64,000 bases of DNA. Source: Tubiluchus corallicola (lineage: Eukaryota > Animalia > Priapulida). Below the pieces are notes generated by a model. The model did no database searches, had not been told where the DNA came from, and was given only the letters and a program-made list of their open reading frames with translations. The DNA lies in assembly GCA_030141605.1 (NCBI GenBank), contig JAQGDQ010000365.1:168643-232642 (forward strand), read 5' to 3'. The translations under genes and the position numbers were made by a program. This document shows, in pieces, positions 1 through 8,239 of the stretch. Within the stretch, counting starts at the first letter, position 1; the number at the start of each line of letters is the position of its first letter.

Positions 1-2
1 TG

Positions 3-464
3 GAAAAATCAAAAGAACTTTCCCACCAAATAAATAACACATATCTCTTTCCAAAAGAAATAAATCATTTCTTAGATAAGTTAGGAAGTTCTATAATAAA
101 AGAAAAAGTTTCCATTCAAAAATTTATAAAGAGGCCTGAAATAAATTTAGATAACATCCAAGACATTGATAAAATAAAGGAGCTCCTAAACCAGTTTGAC
201 AGTCCCGAAATAGAAGAAACATATATTTCCACAATTTATGAAACGTACATAAACAAGGAAAAGAAGTTGGTAGAAAAAATGAAGCAATTAGAAAATCTGA
301 AATTAAACACAAATTTTGATTACTCGAAAATAAAATCTCTCTCTGCTGAAGCAATGGAAAAACTAAACAAAATAAAACCAGAAACAATACTCCAAGCGTC
401 CAAAATTAGTGGTGTCACCCCCTCTGACATTTCTATACTTATGATTTATCTCAAAAAAATATAA
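3..464 (+). CDS. mnmG: tRNA uridine-5-carboxymethylaminomethyl synthesis enzyme MnmG/GidA, C-terminal part (truncated by window edge)
   Basis: The frame is open from base 3 to TAA at 462-464. KRPEI...DYSKIKSLSAEAMEKLNKIKPETILQASKISGVTPSDISIL is the typical GidA C-terminus. Confidence 0.9.
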   Translation, partial: EKSKELSHQINNTYLFPKEINHFLDKLGSSIIKEKVSIQKFIKRPEINLDNIQDIDKIKELLNQFDSPEIEETYISTIYETYINKEKKLVEKMKQLENLKLNTNFDYSKIKSLSAEAMEKLNKIKPETILQASKISGVTPSDISILMIYLKKI

Positions 465-525
465 TATAAATTACTCTTTTTAAAAGCTAAAAATTATATT
501 AGCAAAAAACAGAGCAACCATACAA

Positions 526-2406
526 ATGAAATATATTAAAAAGTCAATATACCTATTTGCAATTATATACCTACTAAAACTTATTCTACTTCCATCATGC
601 GCCAACAATGCTTCTCCTCTTTCTGGTGGACCAAAGGACACAATTCCTCCAAAACTCGTAAAGTCATATCCGCTAAGTAAATCAGTAAACTATAAAGACA
701 AAGATTTTTCATTCTATTTTGATGAGGTAATTGATCTTGTCAATCTAAAAAAAGAATTAATAGTATCTCCACACATAGAATCAAAATATAAATCTACATT
801 AAAAAGAAAATCTTTCTCTATAAAGTTTGAAGACGACTTTCAAGATAGCACAACATATACACTCTACTTTAGAAATTCAATAGTCGACGTCACAGAAAAA
901 AATCCATCTACTGACAATACATTTTCCTTCTCAACAGGAGAATTTATAGACTCCCTTATGATAAAAGGAAATGTGATAGATCTATTTAAAAATGATTCCT
1001 TAAAAAATGTACTCGTAGGACTTTACAAAGTTGAAGATTCTAACGACACCTTAAATAAGATTCCTTACTATTTTACAGAAACAACAGAAAAAGGTTTTTT
1101 CAAAATGGAAAATATCAAGGAGGGAAAATATTTTATCCATGCCATTAAAGATGAAAATTCCAATCTAATTCTTGAATCACAAGAAGAAATGTATGGGTTC
1201 ATAAAAGACACAATAGAAATAAAAGACACTACTCTGAGTGTAGATATTTTTTTAATAAAACAAGATATCACCCCATTTAAACTTCTCAATGCTAGAAATT
1301 TTGGAAAATACTTTAATATAAACTTTAGTAAAGAAATAAAAGAGTATTCCATAGAGACAGAAGAGGATTTTACACTATTTTACAACAAAACAGATGAAGA
1401 TAAAAGCTTGGTTTTATATAATACATTAGATATCAACAATTTAAACCAAGATGATAGCATAAAAATATTTATTACAGCATTTGATACCATACAACAAGAG
1501 GTAAAAGACACTCTATTGCTCAAATTCCCAGAATCAAAAAGAAGTAAAGAAGAATTCCATCAACAACTAATAGTAGAAAAAGAAATAACCCTTCCCAACA
1601 TATCTGCAAAAATGTCTTTTAACAAACCAATATTAAACTTTAAAACAGACAGCATCCTTTTTCTCTTTGACTCCATAGCAGTTGGAACACTAAAAAAAGA
1701 AGACTACAAATGGAATAAAGAAAAAACTCTTTTCTCTTTCAACATTCTTATAAACACCTCTAAAATGGATTCTATAAAGATAGATAAAGAAAAAAAATCT
1801 AAGGAAAAATTAGAAGAAGAAGAAAAAAGTAATAATGCACTCAGCAACACCGACACTACTGTCAATGTAAATGATACACTCCCTCCCCCTACAAACATTC
1901 TTGACAACGCAGACACCCTTCTGCAAAAAACAGAAAGCAGAACAAAAGAAGACAACTTAATAAAAAGAAGAGAAAAACAAGAAAAAGAAAAACAAGAAAA
2001 CAAAGAAGAACTTCTATTCTCCGGACTACAACTATACATTCCTGAGAATAGTTTTATTTCAGTAGAAAAAGATAGTAGTAAAACAGAACTATCTAATCAT
2101 AGCATTCTGACAGACGAAAAATACGGAATATTAAAAGGAAAAATAATAACAGACAAAAATATACACAGCATACAATTGCTAACGGGAGAAAACATAGTAA
2201 AACAGACAAAAGACAAAGAATACATATTTAACCATTTACTTCCCGGAAAATATAAAATGAGAATATTGATAGACAATAATAATAACGGAAAGCATGACAT
2301 GGGAAACATATTAAAAAGAGAAGAACCTGAAGAGGTAATACACTTTCCACAAGAAATAATTATCAGAGAAAACTGGGAACTTATTAACGAAGATTTATCT
2401 TTTTAA
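526..2406 (+). CDS. Ig-like (Big_5) domain lipoprotein
   Basis: Lipobox LPSC followed by ANNASPLSGGPKDTIPP; FDEVI and NSIVDVTEKN Big_5-like segment; C-terminal DNNNNGKHDMG...PE typical of this Bacteroidota family. Confidence 0.75.
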   Translation: MKYIKKSIYLFAIIYLLKLILLPSCANNASPLSGGPKDTIPPKLVKSYPLSKSVNYKDKDFSFYFDEVIDLVNLKKELIVSPHIESKYKSTLKRKSFSIKFEDDFQDSTTYTLYFRNSIVDVTEKNPSTDNTFSFSTGEFIDSLMIKGNVIDLFKNDSLKNVLVGLYKVEDSNDTLNKIPYYFTETTEKGFFKMENIKEGKYFIHAIKDENSNLILESQEEMYGFIKDTIEIKDTTLSVDIFLIKQDITPFKLLNARNFGKYFNINFSKEIKEYSIETEEDFTLFYNKTDEDKSLVLYNTLDINNLNQDDSIKIFITAFDTIQQEVKDTLLLKFPESKRSKEEFHQQLIVEKEITLPNISAKMSFNKPILNFKTDSILFLFDSIAVGTLKKEDYKWNKEKTLFSFNILINTSKMDSIKIDKEKKSKEKLEEEEKSNNALSNTDTTVNVNDTLPPPTNILDNADTLLQKTESRTKEDNLIKRREKQEKEKQENKEELLFSGLQLYIPENSFISVEKDSSKTELSNHSILTDEKYGILKGKIITDKNIHSIQLLTGENIVKQTKDKEYIFNHLLPGKYKMRILIDNNNNGKHDMGNILKREEPEEVIHFPQEIIIRENWELINEDLSF

Positions 2407-2924
2407 TGTTATAAAGATATTTGTATCTACAAGTTATTAACATACAAGATGTCTATAACTTTATTTACAACAATTCCAAAATAAGTACTCATCCCCCTAT
2501 TATCATATTACTTTTACTTTCCAACATTTTTTTTTTATTTCTTGTCACAGAATTATAAACGAATTTGAAAATTATAAACATACAAAGAACAAAAAACAAT
2601 TCCACAATATTGTACTCACCTACTTATCAACAACTAAATTTATATTATTAATAACTAAACAATTACAATGTTAATAAAGCACTAATAAAGTATTTTTATC
2701 CTTATATCTATGTTAAAAAAAATAGTATCTTAGAGTTTTAAAGTTTTTTTTAACATATCCACATATATAATAAATGAATAATAATATTAAATTTCTTATT
2801 ATATATTTCTTGTTAACAAGAGACTAAGGTTTTTCAAAATAAAAAAAAAGAGTATATTTGCGATTATTGTTTTAAAAAAAACTTTTATATCAATGCTTAC
2901 TTAACTTTATTTATTAAGTAATTT
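2407..2924. other. Putative chromosomal replication origin (oriC)
   Basis: 518-bp ORF-free gap containing about 10 DnaA-box-like 9-mers, an AT-rich tract at 2764-2808, a GC-skew switch and proximity to mnmG. Confidence 0.7.
2853..2860 (+). promoter_or_regulatory. Bacteroidota sigma70 -7 element (TATATTTG) for the oxidoreductase-nifJ operon
   Basis: Matches TAnnTTTG, 65 bp upstream of the ATG at 2925. Confidence 0.6.
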
Positions 2925-4598
2925 ATGAAAAGTAATAAAAAATTCATGGAAGCAAAACAAATAACAAAATCTATAGATCTGAAAGGAAGCGAGGAAATAA
3001 CAGGTGCAGTAAGAACTAGAAAACCGTCATATGAAGATTTTTTGCCGCCCTGCAATATTGCTTGTCCCGCTGGAGAAAATATTCAAGGATGGTTGGCACT
3101 AGCTAGAGAAGGAGAATTTGAAAAAGCATGGAAGTTTATTATGAAAGACAATCCATTCCCTTCTATTTGCGGAAGAGCTTGTTACAAACCATGTGAAGAA
3201 GGTTGTAATCGCGTAAAATTTGATGGCACTGTTGGCATTAACTCTGTGGAAAAATTTTTAGGAGACTTAGCTATAAAAAACAACTGGAAAGTAGATTTAT
3301 TGAAACCGAAGAATGGTAAAAAAGTATTGGTAGTAGGAGCAGGTCCTTCTGGCATGTCTGCCGCATATCATCTTACAAGGTTAGGTTATGAAGTAGAAGT
3401 GAGAGAAGCCAATAAAATACATGGGGGGATGATGCAATTTGGAATACCAGCATACAGACTTCCTAAACAAGTCATAGATGATGAGTTCAATAGAATTATA
3501 GAATTAGGAGTGAAGGTGAGATGTGGGCATAAGGTGGAAGATATTGTAAGGGAGAAGAAAGAAGGAAAGTTTGATGCAGTGTATTTGTCTGTTGGAGCAC
3601 ATATTGGAAAAACAGTAAATGTAGAAGGAAATCCTACCACAAAAATAATAGAAGCAACAAGATTTTTAAAAAGTATAAGTGAGGGAAATCCGCCAAAATT
3701 AGGTAAGAGAGTGGTAGTATATGGAGGTGGAAACACAGCTATAGATGCGTCAAGAAGTGCAAAGAGATTGGGAACAGAGGAGGTTATCATAGTATACAGA
3801 AGAGATAGAAAAAGCATGCCTGCTCATGATTTTGAAGTAGTGGAGGCATTGGAAGAAAATGTGAAGCTATTAGAATTGAAAACCATTAAGGAAATAAAGG
3901 GAGACCTCTTTACATTAGAAATTATGAAGTTGGATGAAAAGGGAAAACCTCAACCAACAGGAAAAACAGAGGAGTTAAAAGATATAGATGATTTAATATT
4001 GGCTATTGGCCAGGATACTGATACTGAGTTTTTGAAGAAGATAGAAGAGTTAAAATTTGAATGGGATGGAACTGTTAAGGTAGATGAAACAATGCAAACA
4101 GGATATGAGGGAATATTTGCAGGAGGAGATATGGTACCTTTTGATAGAACTATAACAGTAGCTATTGGACATGGAAAAAAAGCAGCAAGAAATATAGACG
4201 GGTATCTGAAAGATAAACCTTATCAACCCTTACCAAAAAATAAAATAGTAGGGCATAATCGCTTGCGCTTGTGGTTCACTCCAGATGAACCACAAGTTCG
4301 TGAAGAAGAAATTTCTCTTGACAAGAGAATAAAAAGTTTTGAAGAGATAAAAAAAACAATAACAGATGTACAGGCAGTTTATGAGTCTAAAAGATGTTTT
4401 TCTTGTGGAAATTGTTTTGAGTGCGATGGCTGTTATAGTGCTTGTCCTGAAGGAGCCATTATAAAATTAGGAAAAGGAAAAAGATATAAATATAATTATG
4501 ATTTGTGTACAGGGTGTGCCATATGTTATGAACAATGCCCATGTTATGCTATTGAGATGTATCGTGAGGAAGAAGAGAGTATAAAGCAAAATGATTAG
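2925..4598 (+). CDS. GltD-like FAD/NAD(P)H oxidoreductase with N-terminal Fe-S domain and C-terminal 2x[4Fe-4S] ferredoxin domain
   Basis: PPCNIACPAG, CGRACYKPCEEGCNR, GAGPSG, GGGNTA...YRR, FAGGD, RCFSCGNCFECDGCYSACP and CTGCAICYEQCP. Confidence 0.85.
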   Translation: MKSNKKFMEAKQITKSIDLKGSEEITGAVRTRKPSYEDFLPPCNIACPAGENIQGWLALAREGEFEKAWKFIMKDNPFPSICGRACYKPCEEGCNRVKFDGTVGINSVEKFLGDLAIKNNWKVDLLKPKNGKKVLVVGAGPSGMSAAYHLTRLGYEVEVREANKIHGGMMQFGIPAYRLPKQVIDDEFNRIIELGVKVRCGHKVEDIVREKKEGKFDAVYLSVGAHIGKTVNVEGNPTTKIIEATRFLKSISEGNPPKLGKRVVVYGGGNTAIDASRSAKRLGTEEVIIVYRRDRKSMPAHDFEVVEALEENVKLLELKTIKEIKGDLFTLEIMKLDEKGKPQPTGKTEELKDIDDLILAIGQDTDTEFLKKIEELKFEWDGTVKVDETMQTGYEGIFAGGDMVPFDRTITVAIGHGKKAARNIDGYLKDKPYQPLPKNKIVGHNRLRLWFTPDEPQVREEEISLDKRIKSFEEIKKTITDVQAVYESKRCFSCGNCFECDGCYSACPEGAIIKLGKGKRYKYNYDLCTGCAICYEQCPCYAIEMYREEEESIKQND

Positions 4599-4626
4599 TA
4601 GATATAAATAAAAGATATAATAAAAT

Positions 4627-7600
4627 ATGGATGTAAAAGATAGAATGGTAACCATAGATGGTAATGAAGCAGCTGCTTATATTGCTTATAAAACAAGTGA
4701 GATTTGTGTTATTTATCCCATAACCCCATCTTCTCCAATGGCAGAGCAGGCGGATGCATGGGCGTCTAAAGGAGTGCCAAATATTTGGAATAATGTGCCA
4801 AATGTTACAGAAATGCATAGTGAAGCAGGGGTGGCAGGTACAGTGCACGGGGCTTTACAGTCAGGAGCTTTAACAACGACATTTACAGCATCACAAGGAC
4901 TTTTGTTAATGTTGCCGAATATGTATAAAATAGCAGGAGAACTGATGCCGACAGTGTTTCATGTTGCAGCGAGATCTTTGGCAACACAAGCACTCTCTAT
5001 TTTCGGAGACCATTCAGATGTTATGTCTGCACGCATGACAGGGTTTGCCATGTTAGCGTCATCATCTGTACAAGAAGTACACGACATGGCGTTAGTAGCA
5101 CATGCTGCAACATTGAAATCAAAAATTCCTTTCGTACATTTTTTTGATGGATTTAGAACTTCACACGAAGTGAATAAAATAAAACTCGCTTCTGATGAAC
5201 AAATAAAAAAAATGATAAACAATGAATTTGTTTTTCAACACAGAGAAGAAGCAATGAATCCTAATAAACCAACCATTAGAGGAACAGCCCAAAATCCAGA
5301 TGTCTATTTTCAAGGAAGAGAAACAAGTAATAAATTTTATAAAGAGACCATAACAAAAGTAGAAGAAACAATGGAGGAGCTAGAAAAGGTGACGGGAAGA
5401 AAATACAAACTCTTTGATTATTACGGTGTGAAAAATCCAGATAAGGTGATAGTTATCATGGGCTCAGGAGGAGAAACAGTAAAAGAAACAATAGATATGT
5501 TAGAGAAACAAGGAGAGAAAGTGGGAATTGTGCAGGTAAGATTATATAGACCTTTTTCTAACGAACATCTTTTGAAAGCAGTACCAAAAACAACAAAGTC
5601 TATTGCCGTACTTGATAGAACAAAAGAACCAGGGAGTGTAGGAGAACCCCTCTATTTAGATGTTTTATCTGCTTTTTCAGAAGCTTTAAATGATGGAAAA
5701 ATTCAAAAATTACCTAAAATAATAGGCGGAAGATATGGGCTATCTTCAAAAGAATTTACTCCTGCAATGGTAAAAGCAATCTATGATGAATTAGAAAAAG
5801 AAGCTCCTAAGAATCATTTTACAATAGGAATAAATGATGACGTTACTAATAGCAGTTTAGAATATGACACCAATTTTAACATAGAAACAAAAGAAGTTAC
5901 AAGAGCTCTCTTTTTTGGATTAGGTTCTGATGGAACCGTGGGAGCAAATAAAAATACAATTAAAATCATAGGAGAAAACACGCCTTTATATACACAAGGA
6001 TATTTTGTTTATGATTCAAAAAAAGCTGGGTCTAGAACAATATCTCATCTAAGGTTTGGAGAAGAAGAAATAAACTCTCCATATTTGATACAGTCAGCTA
6101 ATTTTATTGCTTGCCACAATTTTGAGTTTGTAAAGAAAATAGACATTTTGAAAAAAGCATCTGACAAAGCAACACTTTTACTTAATAGTCCTTTTTCTGC
6201 TGCTGATGTTTGGAATGAAATACCTCAGACATTGCAACAAAAAATAATAGACCACAACATAAACTTTTATGTAATTAATGCCTCAAAAGTAGCCAAAAAT
6301 ACAGGAATGGGAAGAAGAATTAATACTGTAATGCAAACATGTTTCTTTGCTCTTTCCAATGTATTACCCAAAGATGAGGCAATTAAAGAAATTAAAAATG
6401 CTATAGAAAAAACATACAGTAGAAAAGGAGAAGAAATAGTACAGAAAAACTTCAAGGCTGTAGATGAAACATTAAAACATCTAGAAAAAGTGGACATTCC
6501 TACCAAAGTAGGATCAAATGTAACTATGGAAAAACCTATTACAGCTGATTCGACACATTTTGTAGAAGATGTCTTATCTGTAATCATTTCAGGAGATGGA
6601 GATGATTTACCTGTAAGTAAAATACCCGTTAATGGAGTATATCCAAGTGGTACTTCTCGCTATGAAAAGAAAAACTTAACAGATTCTGTCCCTATATGGG
6701 ACAATGATATCTGTATCCAGTGTGGAAGATGTAGTTTTGTTTGCCCACATAGTGTGATAAGAACAAAATCATTTGATAAGAAAATACTTGAAACAGCTCC
6801 GAAACAATTTAAATCAGCACCGTTATCTGGCAGAGGGTTTCCAAACCATAGATATACGTTACAAGTCATTGTAGATGAGTGTACTGGATGCGCTTTGTGC
6901 GTAGAAACGTGCCCCGTAAAGGACCCTGATTTCCCAGAAAAAAGAGCAATAAATATGGGAGAAAAGGCAGCAGTATTAAAGCAGGAGCGAGAAAATTTCA
7001 AGTTTTTTGAAAAAAATATTCCTATTAATGATAGAAAAGATGTAAATTTTGGTGTGGTAAGAGGAGTACAATATCTTGAGCCATTGTTTGAATTCTCAGG
7101 AGCATGTGCAGGTTGTGGAGAAACACCATACGTAAGAACTGTTTCTCAGCTTTTTGGAGATAGACTTATGATAGCAAATGCAACAGGGTGTTCATCTATT
7201 TATGGAGGAAATCTACCAACTACCCCGTGGACAAAAAATGAAAAAGGAAGAGGACCTGCTTGGGCAAACTCTTTGTTTGAAGATAATGCTGAATTTGGTT
7301 TGGGTATGAGGTTGACGGCAAATAATAATAGAGACATTGCTAAGTCCTTGTGCTTGGAGTTCAGTAACGAAATAGGAGAAAGATTAGTAGAAGCAATAAC
7401 AACGTCAATACAAGATGATGAAGTAGAGATAAACGCTCAACGTGCTCGTGTAGAAGAAATGAGAAAAAAATTAAAAGGAAATAATAATCCTAAAACAAAA
7501 CATCTCTTGTCATTATCTGATTTCTTAATAAAAAGAAGTGTATGGCTTATGGGAGGTGACGGATGGGCATATGATATAGGATATGGAGGATTAGACCATG

Positions 7601-8217
7601 TTATTTCAAGCGGAAAAGATGTAAACATTCTTGTATTAGATACAGAAGTCTACTCTAATACAGGAGGACAAATGTCTAAATCCACACCTATTGGTGTTAT
7701 TGCAAAATTTGCGGCAGCAGGTAAAACCGTTTCTAAAAAAGACTTAGCTTTACAAGCTATTTCTTATGGTAGTGCATATGTAGCAAGAATAGCTTTTGGA
7801 GCAAATCAAAGACAAACATTACAGGCACTAAGAGAAGCAGAACAGTTTCCAGGAACATCTTTGGTTATTGCATACAGTGCTTGTATAGAGCATGGAATTG
7901 ATATGAGCAAGGGATTAGAGCAACAAAAACTTGCTGTAGATTCTGGATATTGGCCATTAATGAGATACAACCCTGTATTGAAGCAACAAGGAAAAAATCC
8001 TTTGATACTTGATTCTCAAAGACCAAAAATATCATTGGAAGAATATGCATACAGAGAAAACCGCTATAAAACACTATTACGAGAAAAACCCGAAATAGCA
8101 AAAAAATTAATGAAGTTTGCACAAGAAGAGGTATATAGAAAATGGGACATTTATGAAAAAATGTCTAAAGCAGAAATAACAACAGAAGAATTCTCAAAAA
8201 AATTAGAATATGTATAA
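4627..8217 (+). CDS. nifJ: Pyruvate:ferredoxin (flavodoxin) oxidoreductase, single-chain
   Basis: IYPITPSS, GLGSDGTVGANKN, two CxxCxxCxxxCP motifs, FSGACAGCGET and the TPP motif GGDGWAYDIG. Confidence 0.97.
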   Translation: MDVKDRMVTIDGNEAAAYIAYKTSEICVIYPITPSSPMAEQADAWASKGVPNIWNNVPNVTEMHSEAGVAGTVHGALQSGALTTTFTASQGLLLMLPNMYKIAGELMPTVFHVAARSLATQALSIFGDHSDVMSARMTGFAMLASSSVQEVHDMALVAHAATLKSKIPFVHFFDGFRTSHEVNKIKLASDEQIKKMINNEFVFQHREEAMNPNKPTIRGTAQNPDVYFQGRETSNKFYKETITKVEETMEELEKVTGRKYKLFDYYGVKNPDKVIVIMGSGGETVKETIDMLEKQGEKVGIVQVRLYRPFSNEHLLKAVPKTTKSIAVLDRTKEPGSVGEPLYLDVLSAFSEALNDGKIQKLPKIIGGRYGLSSKEFTPAMVKAIYDELEKEAPKNHFTIGINDDVTNSSLEYDTNFNIETKEVTRALFFGLGSDGTVGANKNTIKIIGENTPLYTQGYFVYDSKKAGSRTISHLRFGEEEINSPYLIQSANFIACHNFEFVKKIDILKKASDKATLLLNSPFSAADVWNEIPQTLQQKIIDHNINFYVINASKVAKNTGMGRRINTVMQTCFFALSNVLPKDEAIKEIKNAIEKTYSRKGEEIVQKNFKAVDETLKHLEKVDIPTKVGSNVTMEKPITADSTHFVEDVLSVIISGDGDDLPVSKIPVNGVYPSGTSRYEKKNLTDSVPIWDNDICIQCGRCSFVCPHSVIRTKSFDKKILETAPKQFKSAPLSGRGFPNHRYTLQVIVDECTGCALCVETCPVKDPDFPEKRAINMGEKAAVLKQERENFKFFEKNIPINDRKDVNFGVVRGVQYLEPLFEFSGACAGCGETPYVRTVSQLFGDRLMIANATGCSSIYGGNLPTTPWTKNEKGRGPAWANSLFEDNAEFGLGMRLTANNNRDIAKSLCLEFSNEIGERLVEAITTSIQDDEVEINAQRARVEEMRKKLKGNNNPKTKHLLSLSDFLIKRSVWLMGGDGWAYDIGYGGLDHVISSGKDVNILVLDTEVYSNTGGQMSKSTPIGVIAKFAAAGKTVSKKDLALQAISYGSAYVARIAFGANQRQTLQALREAEQFPGTSLVIAYSACIEHGIDMSKGLEQQKLAVDSGYWPLMRYNPVLKQQGKNPLILDSQRPKISLEEYAYRENRYKTLLREKPEIAKKLMKFAQEEVYRKWDIYEKMSKAEITTEEFSKKLEYV

Positions 8218-8239
8218 ATAATAAAACACAATTAGAATT

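Noticed and set aside
2925-4598. Calling the oxidoreductase gltD or dsrL
   Set aside because: No gltB or dsr genes are nearby, and the context with nifJ suggests another role, so no symbol was given.
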